A stretch of DNA of 64,000 nucleotides from an uncultured virus (IMG/VR IMGVR_UViG_3300009285_001861) (IMGVR_UViG_3300009285_001861), one strand, 5' to 3'. Positions 40,524 to 50,834 are shown, counted from the first letter of the stretch. Notes: a model not told the origin generated them from the letters alone. Numbers and translations are program-made.

Positions 40524-41243
40524 TTACTTTGATGTCACTTTCTCATACACTGACGTGAACTTCCTCCCGTGTTTTGAAATTGCGTAGTCCAGATACTCTT
40601 GGATGGATCCCTTGTCGATGACTTTTAGGGGTACGGGGCACTGATCGATCTTGGCTCTCTCCTTCTTGGTCCAAATACCTTTGATCTCAACTAGACTACC
40701 CCCCACAATGAAGTCCGGGTAGTACTTATGTGTCCTACCTTCGTACTCATACTCGTAGCTAACCCTATTCCGTTCGATTGGGACACCATGGTCAATACAG
40801 TGGATGACGAACGCCAGCTCCCAACTACTATCACACCAATATCCCTTATACCAGCCATTCAGACCATGCCCACTCCCCTGCTTGTACCCGGAAGTCCGTA
40901 TCTTATCGAACCTCTCCCGATATTCCTGCTTCGTCTCATCAGATTGGGAAGCCCACCACTTTTTATGGTCTTGTTGGGAGGCACGTTTGGCCAGTATTGC
41001 TTTCTTTTCCGCAGCTCCGACTGCCCCGTACATTTCCTCGTATGTTTTGCCGGTTTGCCAGGGGGTAAACCCTGGGTAGAACCCTCTTCTCCCCCCCTTG
41101 TGGGTTGGCTTACCTTTTTTCTTGGTCGAGTCCCTCTCTCGTTTCCCCGGACAACTGTTTGGGCTTGGGGAACAACACCACTTCCCAGAAGACTTGAATT
41201 GAATACTGGCCTCTTGATCACATCCGAATTCACACTTTGGCAT
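40524..41243 (-). CDS. Putative homing endonuclease (PD-(D/E)xK/TnsA-like domain) inserted in the Ser tRNA cluster
   Basis: DSSWEL...YYPDF...VEIKG motif; N-terminal Cys-rich and basic DNA-binding segment. Confidence 0.75.
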   Translation of the reverse strand: MPKCEFGCDQEASIQFKSSGKWCCSPSPNSCPGKRERDSTKKKGKPTHKGGRRGFYPGFTPWQTGKTYEEMYGAVGAAEKKAILAKRASQQDHKKWWASQSDETKQEYRERFDKIRTSGYKQGSGHGLNGWYKGYWCDSSWELAFVIHCIDHGVPIERNRVSYEYEYEGRTHKYYPDFIVGGSLVEIKGIWTKKERAKIDQCPVPLKVIDKGSIQEYLDYAISKHGRKFTSVYEKVTSK

Positions 41244-41296
41244 ACATTGCGTATGCTATAGGCAAACTAGGTTGGTGCTATTGACCAGTCTCTAGA

Positions 41297-41381
41297 AGGC
41301 TAAGACAAGATTCGAACTTGCGGCACCCGAAGGTGCGGCGGCTTTCGAAGCCACTGGGTTAAGCCTCTCCCCCACTTAGCC
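41297..41381 (-). tRNA. tRNA-Ser(CGA)
   Basis: GTGGC-TTCGAAA-GCCGC; long variable arm. Confidence 0.87.
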
Positions 41382-41406
41382 GGTCTCTCTATCTTGCAAG
41401 CGATCC

Positions 41407-41574
41407 TTAGGATCGCGAGACTGAGAGACTACTACTCCACCACGTAGACGTGTGTCCTACGCAGCGGGTCGAGTGGGATTCAAACCCACGGACGCTTTTC
41501 AGCGCCTCCACGTTAGCAGTGTGGTGCCTTAGGTCTCTCGGCCACCGACCCAGAGTTGTTTCGAGAAGAGTCAC
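41407..41574 (-). CDS. Putative Ser-sensing leader ORF reading through tRNA-Ser(GCT), ending TSTWWSSSLSVSRS
   Basis: TCT, AGT x3, TCA, TCG, TCC in spacer; stop TAA in loop of GCGATCC/GGATCGC hairpin; GTG start uncertain. Confidence 0.55.
   Translation of the reverse strand: MTLLETTLGRWPRDLRHHTANVEALKSVRGFESHSTRCVGHTSTWWSSSLSVSRS
41465..41551 (-). tRNA. tRNA-Ser(GCT)
   Basis: CCACA-CTGCTAA-CGTGG (A31-C39); long variable arm. Confidence 0.87.
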
Positions 41575-41991
41575 GGTGTATATTACCCTGTTAGGAGTCC
41601 TGTTGATAGACAAATCAGCGGGGTTGGAAGTTTTCCTCCAGGGCCACGCGATCCTGCATCATTTTGGTCGTGTACTCCCGCAACTCTGGGGGAGGGGGGG
41701 TGGTGACTGTCCAGGCCCAGACCGGACCGATCTTCCCGTACAGACCCCCGTCGCATCGGCTCAGGTAATCCTGGATGCGTACTTCCATGTCGGGGGATTC
41801 CCGAGGTTCCTGGGAGAATGCCTGGACCAGGGTCAGAGCCTGGACCCACACCCCGTACTCCCAGGACCACTGCAACTCCTCCATCTTGGCATGTTTGTAT
41901 TTGGAGCGGCTGCCCCGAAGCTTCACCATGATTTCCGCGGCTTCCGCGGGGTAGTCCCTGAGAACTCGGGCCAAATCAAAATCCAGGAGTT

Positions 41992-42513
41992 TCATTTGCG
42001 TGCCTTCACGGCAAGTTTCCGGAGGGCCGTGTAGATGTTGGGCTGAAGAATCGAGTGTGGGGCTGATTTTCCAGTCTTCCATCGGGTAACGGTGGGCCGA
42101 CTGACCCCAACCAGCTTGGCAAAATCAGCATCCGTGGTCTGGGTGATTTTCAGACCCAGTTGGACCGCAGTTTGGAAGTCGAACCTTGGCAGGTCATATA
42201 TGGCCACATATATTGCCAGGGTGGGCTTGAGGCTAAGTGCAAACGTGACCACCATTGCCTCGATGTATTCCTCCAGCTCAATCCGTTCACGGAGGAACCC
42301 CAGCACCATCAATGCAGCTGGGGGCACCACCACACCACGTTTCCACCGTCTGACATTAGGGAGGCTAGCGTCGAAAACCTTGGCGGCATCCTCATCCTTA
42401 AGGCAAAGGAAATCGCAGCCCCGTGTGAAAAGGTCTGTAAACTCCTCCACGGTTGGGTTATGGAGAGCCCCCAGTAGCAGGTTTCTCTCCCTCAAATGGT
42501 TGTCCAGACTCAT
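41992..42513 (-). CDS. Tandem XRE-type HTH protein
   Basis: Two repeats: AAKVFDASLPNVRRWKRG and FAKLVGVSRPTVTRWKTGKSAP. Confidence 0.75.
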   Translation of the reverse strand: MSLDNHLRERNLLLGALHNPTVEEFTDLFTRGCDFLCLKDEDAAKVFDASLPNVRRWKRGVVVPPAALMVLGFLRERIELEEYIEAMVVTFALSLKPTLAIYVAIYDLPRFDFQTAVQLGLKITQTTDADFAKLVGVSRPTVTRWKTGKSAPHSILQPNIYTALRKLAVKARK

Positions 42514-43120
42514 ATCCCGATTCACAAGAACACCTGTGTTTCTGGTTCCGGGGGGTCCGGCGGAATGGGCGGGAGACCCGCGATTTCTCGCATTCGGCCG
42601 AGGATCTGGTTGTCCAAGTAGCGGAGTCTTTCCTCCACAAGGGCATCCATGAGGATGTCGAGCACCCCAGGTATGTACCACTGAAACATGTATCCTGGGT
42701 CCGCACTCCAGGTGTAGGCAGTCGCCGTTGTGTAGTCGAAGTTGGCTGGGATAGCAACATACACTGCCTTGTCAGGAATCCTCGCGTCAACATCGAACCC
42801 AAACTCGTAGGCCCTCATCTGGCCCACGGTCCAGCCTTCAGGGTGGGGCCACCCGTACCACGCTGCCTGGAGTCCAATACTCCACGTCATTGCTTATTAT
42901 CCACAGGAGGCATGATTTCCCAATCGTCGCACTCAAGCTCTTTGAGGCTGAATGAGGTGGGGCACCTGACGGTCCCGTTGTACCCCAACCGACCAGCTCG
43001 GAAGAACCAGCCATCTGCGTCGTAACCAATATTGTCATCTTCAACATAATGCCTGCTGGGACGATAAATGGTTTTGCCCGCACGAAGGGCTGGAATGAGA
43101 TCGTTGATTTTTGCCATTGA

Positions 43121-43864
43121 CTACCTCTCGATCTCCAACAGAAATGGGGTTGGGTCCAGGAGGACCTTCGGACGCGCCTCTCCCTTACCCCACCACACGG
43201 CAGTTTTGGTCTCGGGTCCGTACAGTTCCAGGTGCAGCATCGTTGTGGGGAGTCCCTTGTCTTCCTTGAGCACCCGGGTTACCCAACCGATGATGTCTCC
43301 CGCCCGAACCCTTACTTCTTCCGGGAAGCCTCCCTTGCCACGTCGGTCGTAGAGATGACACATGTACTGGTTGGGCTTCACCTCACCGTAGAGGACCACT
43401 CCGGAGGCTCCCTTGACGAGAACCGCCTGGGTGTCCTGCCACCAGGGGGAATCGGCTTCCGGGCCTGTGAAGGGCTCTATGGCCACAACCATCCCATCCT
43501 CCACCGCATGTACCTCCTGGCCATCTTGGCAGTACAGGTCCACACCTGTGTGGGTGTCATACTTACGGGGGGCCCCAAAGGCACCAGGATGGTCCCCCAC
43601 AGGGATGTCTTGGAGGGGTGTGCCAGGAAGAGGCCAACACCAGTTCATTTGGGGTGACTCTGCAACCATTTTCCAAGGTGGTTGAACAACCAATATCCGA
43701 AATGGGACGTATCCCTCTGGAACCCAGCCTCGATTCCCTTTTGGACAAGTCGATACCCATCGTCTGGATGGATCTTCAGGAATCTCATCGTCCGAGACCC
43801 CCTCCAAAGGATCCGGACTCGGAGTGTCTGTCCAAACGAAGAAGGGGTCATCGGAAAAAGACAC
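43121..43864 (-). CDS. M23-family metallopeptidase
   Basis: HTGVDL and LHLEL motifs; GTG start after promoter/RBS. Confidence 0.85.
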   Translation of the reverse strand: MSFSDDPFFVWTDTPSPDPLEGVSDDEIPEDPSRRWVSTCPKGNRGWVPEGYVPFRILVVQPPWKMVAESPQMNWCWPLPGTPLQDIPVGDHPGAFGAPRKYDTHTGVDLYCQDGQEVHAVEDGMVVAIEPFTGPEADSPWWQDTQAVLVKGASGVVLYGEVKPNQYMCHLYDRRGKGGFPEEVRVRAGDIIGWVTRVLKEDKGLPTTMLHLELYGPETKTAVWWGKGEARPKVLLDPTPFLLEIER

Positions 43865-43877
43865 TGTCCTCAATACC

Positions 43878-43904
43878 CTATCGGTACGGGAAGGCAACCT
43901 TTTA
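43878..43904 (-). promoter_or_regulatory. sigma28-like promoter
   Basis: TAAA-N15-ACCGATAG-GGTATTGAGG. Confidence 0.6.
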
Positions 43905-44420
43905 GAGAAATCGGTCCCTGGTCAAGAGGAAATCGAACAGCATCTGTTCAACCTCGCAGAATTGCTTGCCATGTGGGGAGCCCCCAAGCCACTCCTCATG
44001 GTGGATGTGGTGGGCAGTTTCGTGGATGATGGTGACGACAGGGGCTTCCTGGGGGGCGTAGATGACCCGTCCTTGATACAGGCCCCCGCACCAGCTTCTA
44101 TCCAGGCGGCGAACTTCCTTGATGATTTTGGTACCTACGGCCCGGCAGAGCATTGCAGAGAAGTCCGCGGATTCCTGAAATGAGTGCAGCCGCCAATCCT
44201 TACCGAGCTTCCGCCATTTCTTGGTAAACACCACTTCCAGTGCCCTACAGGCAGCATACTCCTGCTCAACGGCCTCTTGGGCAGCCGTGATCGCCATGTG
44301 CCCTGGGGGAAGCTCCCGACGAGCAACCTGTGCCCATTCCAGGGGTGACTGAGCTGGTGTTCGGGTGGTGGCCAACATATTACAGGTCGCTTGGTCCAAT
44401 GCTGGTTGTCGCCAGCCCAC
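43902..44420 (-). CDS. SprT-like zinc metalloprotease-domain protein
   Basis: IIHETAHH...HGKQF. Confidence 0.6.
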   Translation of the reverse strand: MGWRQPALDQATCNMLATTRTPAQSPLEWAQVARRELPPGHMAITAAQEAVEQEYAACRALEVVFTKKWRKLGKDWRLHSFQESADFSAMLCRAVGTKIIKEVRRLDRSWCGGLYQGRVIYAPQEAPVVTIIHETAHHIHHEEWLGGSPHGKQFCEVEQMLFDFLLTRDRFL

Positions 44421-44778
44421 AACTACACACGGCTTCTTGTATGCACAACTTGGTGACCGGGGGATCCCAGATGTCTCGCTTCGGGTAGCCGTTGATCTTC
44501 TGCATCCATCCCCGGTAGGTCATCACCAGTCTGCGGATGACCTCCATGGTGTTGCCCAAGGATCCCGGGTCACAGGCGAGAACCTCAACAACCTCGTAGT
44601 CGTCGCTCACGCTACCGGCGAAGAATCCGGCACTTCCGTTCGTTGTGACGAAGTTCGGGCACACGACCCCGTAGTCCTCCCAGAACATCACCGTGTAGAT
44701 CCGATCGAACCCCTTTTCCCGGAACCGGAAGACTTCGATCTCTCTGTCATGCTTCATGTCTATCCATCCTCAATACCC

Positions 44779-44805
44779 CTATCGGCACGAGAGGGCTACT
44801 TTTTA
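44779..44805 (-). promoter_or_regulatory. sigma28-like promoter
   Basis: TAAA-N15-GCCGATAG before ORF 44380-44757. Confidence 0.65.
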
Positions 44806-45285
44806 CGTCTTCACACCCAGCAACCAGAGGTCCGCGGTCTCCTTGGTTCGGAACATAGCCCACACCCGGCCCGCGTCCACGCACCACCATCCGTCGAGAG
44901 CATGCCGACTGTCTCGTGGGTTAGGGATGTATGACCTACGAAGGGACGAACACTCCTGAAGCCGGTAGGGGGGAGTTAGGTCATCCCCCAGCTCATGGTT
45001 GAAGAACTTTTGGGCGACCGGCTGGAACTTGGGTTGCCCCACGTACCATGCCTCATAGTCCTGGCTGGTCAGCTTGACCGGGGCCGGGAGAGCAGGACCC
45101 GTCCGCATCTCCTTGAGGGCTGCGGGGAGGGCTCCGAACTCGAACTCCGCCGACCCCATGTAGTCGAACCGAAACACCCCATCAATGAGGCCCCGTGCGG
45201 GGGACCGTTCCCCCACAGGACGAAGCTCTACCCGCTGGACCAGATGCAATCGGCTGATGTCTTCCATGCTCATCGTCCTTTTCAA
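44803..45285 (-). CDS. Conserved phage hypothetical protein
   Basis: FDYMGSAEFEFGALP motif. Confidence 0.65.
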   Translation of the reverse strand: MKRTMSMEDISRLHLVQRVELRPVGERSPARGLIDGVFRFDYMGSAEFEFGALPAALKEMRTGPALPAPVKLTSQDYEAWYVGQPKFQPVAQKFFNHELGDDLTPPYRLQECSSLRRSYIPNPRDSRHALDGWWCVDAGRVWAMFRTKETADLWLLGVKT

Positions 45286-45917
45286 GAAATCGTCAATAAA
45301 TCGGTAACGTCTACCACACCACTGGCCGGGTGGGAACCGACAAACACCACAGGCTCGATGGGTTTTCCACCGAGCAGGAACCCCGAAATGTTGAGTGGCT
45401 GCACCACATTGGGGATCCCACTGGACCGAACGCGATCCCTCAGCTGCATGAGAAGCTGTCCCAAGATGTTGACCCCGTTGAGGGCTTCCATTCCGCTGAC
45501 AGGTTTTGCTCCCCAGAAGGCATCCTTCAATGAAAACTCCACGATGTCCATGTTACCTGTGGACTCCAGCAAACCCACGAAAGTGCTGGGGTTCTGCACA
45601 AGCTTCACACACAAACACCACATCATGAAAGGCACCCGTACATCATCCCAATCCGACCGGGACTGGCCCTCGTTGATGTGAGCCTTGGCACACCACTTGG
45701 CAGACATGGGGCTCTTGTGGTCGATGATTTCCTGTTGGACTTCGGGCAGATGGGGGAACCGCAGGGCCTGATAGAGAGCCTCTGTGGTCCGAATGCTGAT
45801 CCCATTCACGACCAAGGGATACCCGCCCGCCATGTTGGACAGACCCCCGAAGGCCTCTTTGGTCTTACGGAAGACAGCACACTGGGAGGGGATGTAGGTG
45901 GTGGGTTCCAGGTTCAT
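45282..45917 (-). CDS. NADAR-family protein
   Basis: FGGLSNM, TTEALYQA, SPMSAK, DWDDVR, IVEFS..DAFWG, GVNILGQLLMQLR. Confidence 0.9.
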   Translation of the reverse strand: MNLEPTTYIPSQCAVFRKTKEAFGGLSNMAGGYPLVVNGISIRTTEALYQALRFPHLPEVQQEIIDHKSPMSAKWCAKAHINEGQSRSDWDDVRVPFMMWCLCVKLVQNPSTFVGLLESTGNMDIVEFSLKDAFWGAKPVSGMEALNGVNILGQLLMQLRDRVRSSGIPNVVQPLNISGFLLGGKPIEPVVFVGSHPASGVVDVTDLLTIS

Positions 45918-45933
45918 GATCTGTCCTCAATAC

Positions 45934-46017
45934 CTATCGGCACGGTGGAACCAATTTTTAGGGGAATCGGTCCCCGGGGCATTTTTCACTAAAAGTTACC
46001 CCCCTCCGTGCCGATAG
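45934..46017. promoter_or_regulatory. Divergent pair of sigma28-like promoters (45934-45960 minus; 45990-46017 plus)
   Basis: TAAA-N15-GCCGATAG and TAAA-N16-GCCGATAG back to back at a strand switch. Confidence 0.7.
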
Positions 46018-46629
46018 AGGGTAAGGAATACGACATGAGATCCGCCTTGATCGGCCAAGCTTACTACATCTTCGTTGCCGCCCGACTGGCCCGACGACAG
46101 CTGCCAGGGTACTACCTCACTGAAGAGGAGGCGGAGAGTGTGCGCAGCCGTACCCCCAACGCCTACATTAGCAGTATTCATGTGGTCAGCTACGACAATG
46201 GGAGGACCTTCCACCGGATCACCGTTGCGGGGGAGTCCGAGCAGGCCCTGGTAATCAACCGGGAAACGGCCCCCGTTGTGACTCCCACCTACATCACGCA
46301 GGATGGAATCTGGTAATGGATTGTGGGCTAGACCAATCGATCGATGAGGACCGGTGGGTAAAAGAGAACCCAGTGTATTGTCCTGTCCCATGGTGCAACG
46401 CCCACAAAATGAGGCGTTTTCGTTGTGGGGATGCTGAAGGGGACTTCGTGGGCATCCATGTGGCCAGAATGGCCTATGTGGGACGCTTCACTGCCATTGA
46501 GAAGCGGCGGGCAAAGGATTTCCGGGAAGGTGGGGTAACCAATCCCGAGTTGAGTGCTGGGATGGTTCGCATGCTCCAGGACTGGGTCGATGTCGGGTTA
46601 CTTCCCGGTCGCAAAGGTAGGAGGAAGGT

Positions 46630-47043
46630 ATGAAGATCACCGTTGTGGCCCCCAATGAGCCCGACAGACTTGGACCCTCGGTCCCACCTTTTCGATACCA
46701 TCTGGACGCTGTTGTGGCCTACATGTTGGCACATGGGCGCCCAAGAATCCGTCTGGTCCAATTCTCTGAGACGGTGTATTGGGCTGTTGAGGGCAGCCAT
46801 CGGCTTGCCGCTGCCCAGGAACTTGGGCTAATCCCCGAGTTTGTGGTGATGACCGGAAAATTCCTTACTTCTCAAGAATACGGGAATGACTATAACGCTT
46901 GGGGGGAAGACCACTTAGTGACCCCCAAGGAGTTTATCTTCAATGTAGGCCGTCCCAGTGGCAGGTCCTACGAATTCGATGCCTCTGTTCTTGTTGCCAG
47001 ATCCCCAAAGACCTGTAGTGGAGCCGAAGCCCCATGCCAGTGA
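46630..47043 (+). CDS. ParB/sulfiredoxin-like domain protein
   Basis: AVEGSHRLAAAQELG. Confidence 0.55.
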   Translation: MKITVVAPNEPDRLGPSVPPFRYHLDAVVAYMLAHGRPRIRLVQFSETVYWAVEGSHRLAAAQELGLIPEFVVMTGKFLTSQEYGNDYNAWGEDHLVTPKEFIFNVGRPSGRSYEFDASVLVARSPKTCSGAEAPCQ

Positions 47044-47750
47044 AGTGCTACGTCCCTAGCTGTTCCTCACCGGCAGGCCCCGGGATGGGCCCTTGGGTGC
47101 CCTTCTGTGCCAAGCACTGGTTCGCCTGCCCCTGGGAAGTCCGGGAGCCCCTGTTCCGCTTCTACCGGGCACCACCTGCCAGCAAAGAGGATGATTGGGA
47201 GAACCCCTTGCAGGATTCTTGGGTGGGTGCAGTAATGACTGCCCTTGTTGAGCTTGGCGTCAAGATACGGATCCTTCTATTGGACATCGATGGGGTCCTA
47301 AATTCCCACGGACATTGGGCCCGCCGTAGCCCAGAGCTACGGGCCATTGAAGAAGCCAGCGTGATCCGGGGCGGTACCGACCCAGCCTGTATGGCGCATC
47401 TCAATGAGATCGTGTCCAGGACCAGTTGCTTGGTTGTTCTCAGCAGCACAATCCGAAGGTTCGAGACCTTGGAAGACCTCCAGAGTCACTTCAACCAATA
47501 TGGGTTCGTGGGGACGTTATTGGACCGCACCCCCTACATCAACGAGAGCCGGTGTAGGGGGCGGGAAATTGACATGTGGTTGAAGGCCCATCCCGAGGTG
47601 GCATCTTTTGCCATCTTGGACGATGAGGGGGACATGGATCCCCACCTGGACAAGTGGGTCAAGACCAGCATGCACAAGGAGGGACTGGAACGGGGGCATA
47701 TCGAGAGGGTATGTACCCTACTTGGAGTTCCCGCCGTTCCCGTCAAGTAG
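47034..47750 (+). CDS. HAD-domain protein (Swiss Army Knife RNA-repair type)
   Basis: LDIDGVLN, VLSST, RGREI..WL, FAILDD. Confidence 0.85.
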   Translation: MPVKCYVPSCSSPAGPGMGPWVPFCAKHWFACPWEVREPLFRFYRAPPASKEDDWENPLQDSWVGAVMTALVELGVKIRILLLDIDGVLNSHGHWARRSPELRAIEEASVIRGGTDPACMAHLNEIVSRTSCLVVLSSTIRRFETLEDLQSHFNQYGFVGTLLDRTPYINESRCRGREIDMWLKAHPEVASFAILDDEGDMDPHLDKWVKTSMHKEGLERGHIERVCTLLGVPAVPVK

Positions 47751-48108
47751 GCCTTAACGCAGGTGGGCGTGGGATGGGATATGAGGGGCGTTCAATAACC
47801 CGACAAGGAGCCACGGTCCTTATGGGGGGACCATTCTCATGTCGCTCAATCTGCTGGCGACCACACCGCAAGCAATAGCTCACGGCCAGGGACTTGATTG
47901 GGATGAGCATGACAGTAACTGTGTCCTCGATGCCAGGGCTATCTTCATTCAGGTGTATCTGAGGCTCGCGCTGTTCCCTCTCCACCGGAGCCACCGTACA
48001 CAACTGACCTGATTCAACCTTAGGACGCATTGAGTTCCCGTGTGGCCGGAACTTAACCGTCAGCCCAGCCTTGAGGTCCGCAATGTATAGCGTTGCCCAT
48101 CCCATGGC

Positions 48109-48918
48109 CTATACCCGTACATGGCGATCATTTCGCCTCCCCACACGTCTAGATTTGATTCCCGGTCTTACCTGGGAGGAGGGGGCCAGTCGCGTCACAT
48201 ATCGAAGCTGATTCTTGTTCTCGGAGACAAACTGAAACGCATCTGCATAGTGCTCCATTTCCTCGTCTTGTCGGAGTTCCTCGATGGCCCGACGAATCCT
48301 GTGTCTAACGAAACCCTGGGAGACGTTCAGCCCATGGATGGCATTCAACTGCCGGGCTACCTCTGTCTGGCAGGTTGTCTCATACAATAGAGCCAGAATC
48401 CACCCGTCTATTGGGTCCTTGAAAAATCCCCCGAGCTTTTCCTTGTCCTTCAGAGAAAGTTTGGGGACCTGTATGGCGTACTCAAGTCGTTCAAGTGCCC
48501 TAAAGAGTCGGTAATGGATTGAGGGTTGGGAGATGCCGAAGTATTCGGCCATGGCCGCTTGCTTGACCGGCTGGAAGAAGTACATGTCAATCATCTCCGC
48601 CTCATCCTGAGGAATGAGCTTCAGAGCTTTCTTGACCTTCTGCCACAGTTCCCGGTCCCCCGTATTGGCCGGTAGGTAACCGGCTTGGGACATGAGGGCT
48701 CGAATGATGGGGTTTCCAGGGATCCCGAGGAACTCCCCCCAATCCTCCCATTGTCCCTTGTATGCCTCCTCTGGTTTGATTGGCATATCCTTTAGGGCAC
48801 CGGAACGGACAAGACCCTGATAGGTGTTTCGATGGGATAGCTTGACGGATAGGACAATCCGTTTGGCCTTAGAGTAAGAGATGAACTTCTTTTTTGGCAC
48901 AGGGGATGTTACCCTCAT
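48109..48918 (-). CDS. DNA-binding regulator with two sigma70 region-4-like HTHs and an N-terminal integrase-repeat-like unit
   Basis: QAAMAEYFGISQPSIHYRLFRALERL; second VSQGFVRHR; PIKPEEAYKGQWEDWGEFLG. Confidence 0.65.
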   Translation of the reverse strand: MRVTSPVPKKKFISYSKAKRIVLSVKLSHRNTYQGLVRSGALKDMPIKPEEAYKGQWEDWGEFLGIPGNPIIRALMSQAGYLPANTGDRELWQKVKKALKLIPQDEAEMIDMYFFQPVKQAAMAEYFGISQPSIHYRLFRALERLEYAIQVPKLSLKDKEKLGGFFKDPIDGWILALLYETTCQTEVARQLNAIHGLNVSQGFVRHRIRRAIEELRQDEEMEHYADAFQFVSENKNQLRYVTRLAPSSQVRPGIKSRRVGRRNDRHVRV

Positions 48919-48921
48919 TTG

Positions 48922-48992
48922 AGCGGCGTGCGAAACTCGAATTCGCTTCTCCGGGTTGGAAGCCCGGGGCCCAGCCTATAGACCAACGCCGC
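48922..48992 (-). tRNA. tRNA-Gly(TCC)
   Basis: CCGGG-CTTCCAA-CCCGG; U73. Confidence 0.88.
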
Positions 48993-49004
48993 AAGAAAAC
49001 AGAG

Positions 49005-49076
49005 AGCGGGAGAGGGAGCTCGAATCCCCGACCTGTGCGATGGCGACGCACCGCTCTACCACTGAGCTACTCCCGC
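49005..49076 (-). tRNA. tRNA-Gly(GCC)
   Basis: GTGCG-TCGCCAT-CGCAC (C33); U73. Confidence 0.88.
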
Positions 49077-49138
49077 ATATTGGTACGCGCGCTCCGCGCT
49101 GCGGTACCTTCGGGATGTTGTCGTTCTGTGGTTTTCAT
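49067..49138 (-). CDS. Putative internal leader MKTTERQHPEGTAARSARTNMRE before Gly tRNAs
   Basis: Single GGT codon in a hairpin arm pairing with the tRNA 5' end; stop inside the tRNA. Confidence 0.45.
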   Translation of the reverse strand: MKTTERQHPEGTAARSARTNMRE

Positions 49139-49156
49139 CGTTTCGTCTTTCGTTTG

Positions 49157-49231
49157 CGTGTACGACAGGGATCGAACCTGTGACCTTGGGCTTCGGAGGC
49201 CCCTGCTCTAATCCAACTGAGCTACGCACAC
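49157..49231 (-). tRNA. tRNA-Arg(CCG)
   Basis: GGGC-CTCCGAA-GCCC. Confidence 0.9.
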
Positions 49232-49233
49232 AT

Positions 49234-49309
49234 TGGCGCGTCTGAGAGGACTTGAACCTCTAACACCTGCATTCGTAGTGCAGTGCTCTATCCATTGAGC
49301 TACAGACGC
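49234..49309 (-). tRNA. tRNA-Arg(ACG)
   Basis: CTGCA-CTACGAA-TGCAG; CCA. Confidence 0.93.
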
Positions 49310-49341
49310 ATGTACAGCTGCGTTTGGGCCAACTACCTGTC

Positions 49342-49417
49342 TGGCATCCCTGGCTAGACTCGAACTAGCGTCCTGTCCTTAGGAGGAACCCGCTCTGTCC
49401 AGTTGAGCTACAGGGAC
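49342..49417 (-). tRNA. tRNA-Arg(CCT)
   Basis: Loop CTCCTAA; CCA. Confidence 0.88.
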
Positions 49418-49423
49418 GGACAA

Positions 49424-49534
49424 TCAGGTGGTTGGCCTAATACGCCGTCGTCGCTGCACACGCCCGCAACCTCGCGCCAGCGTTCCGCCGTCACGTCCGT
49501 GGGTTGTCGTCTTGGTGTACATCGAGAAGCTCAT
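49424..49534 (-). CDS. Putative Arg/Gly-sensing leader MSFSMYTKTTTHGRDGGTLARGCGRVQRRRRIRPTT
   Basis: 8 Arg (CGT, CGA, CGG, AGG) + 5 Gly codons in 36. Confidence 0.78.
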   Translation of the reverse strand: MSFSMYTKTTTHGRDGGTLARGCGRVQRRRRIRPTT

Positions 49535-49553
49535 GGTGAGTAGTTGAGAGTAT

Positions 49554-49582
49554 AGCTTAGCTATTGCGTTCAGTGGTGTCAA
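49554..49582 (-). promoter_or_regulatory. sigma70-type promoter of Arg-Gly operon
   Basis: TTGACA-N17-TAAGCT. Confidence 0.72.
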
Positions 49583-50795
49583 GGGTCGGTAGGTTGATTT
49601 GTCTTCCGAGACCGATACTTCTCTCGGAGCATAACGAGGCGAACGGCCCCCTCTGCGGTATCCGCACAGTCCTCTACACCGGTCTGGATGTGACGGGCCC
49701 AGAAATCATTGCAGCACCCGGGGTCACACTTCGATACCTCGAATCCTGGGTGGTCATCCATGACCCGCTGCATCTCAATCTCTTCCAAAGTGGCTTGGTC
49801 TTGAGCGGCTGCGGCGTCGGCAATCACCTTCTCTAGCCGCTGGACTTCCAGGGTTAGGCGGGTGATCTCAGCACGAGCATCCTGAAGTCGTTGTGCGGAA
49901 CTACTCACATCGTATTGCACTCGTTCTGCGGCCAGCTCATTCCCAAGTACTGCACGTTGTCGAGCCTCTGCATCTCGTTCCGACGTGCGGGTTTGGACCT
50001 CTTCGGTCAGACGAGCAACTTCAGCCTCAGCTTTCTTGGCACGGGCCACCATCCGTTCAAGCTGACAATGCTCGCACATGATTCGAGCCCCACATTGATC
50101 ACAGGGGCTACAACAGGCGTGGTCATGCATGATGATGCCACCGCTGGGACCACCATGGCAAATACAATGACAGATGGTTGCTTCGGGGTGGCTACATTTG
50201 GGCAGGATAAGGTCCATTGCCACAACCCCCTATACGAACATCGCTAGTGAGTCGTTCCCACTATCGAACCTCACCCCACAGCGAACCAGCGTCAGCACGT
50301 CGGCCTCGGTGGCCACTGCCCCCAGGGCATCAATGTCCACCGCGAGCCAGATTTCGTCATGCTCCGCACAAGGAATCATGTCTTTTGTTCCTGGCACGAG
50401 CTGGTCGAGCAATAGGAACGCACACAGGTCTGGGCGAGTGCTGAGCTTGTTTTCAACATGCTCGAACTTGAACAACTCGTAGTTGTAGTCCTCGTCGCTC
50501 AGACGCCGGAACTCGTTTCGGATGTCCACTACGCACTTACCTGGGCCTGAACTGCCACTCGACGATACACGGGGGTGTTGGCGAGAATGTCATCCTTGCA
50601 GACAACATAGATACGGTCTGGCGGGTTGCCCACAATCTCTGAGGGGATCTCCTCAGTGCGGATCGCCTTGAAGCGGACGATCCCCTCCGAAGTGATCTGA
50701 TAGCCCTGTCCGTTGTGGTCGGACACTTCCCAGATGGTCTGCTGGGTGTCCTGGTCAAAAGAAGCGCGGAGGAGCTGAAGGTCGTTCTGGTTCAT
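49579..50795 (-). other. Three hypothetical genes (49579-50223 coiled coil, 50230-50529, 50529-50795)
   Basis: Tiled ORFs. Confidence 0.6.
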
Positions 50796-50834
50796 TTTGG
50801 GTCGATTCCATTCAATGGGGTTTGAGAGAACATA

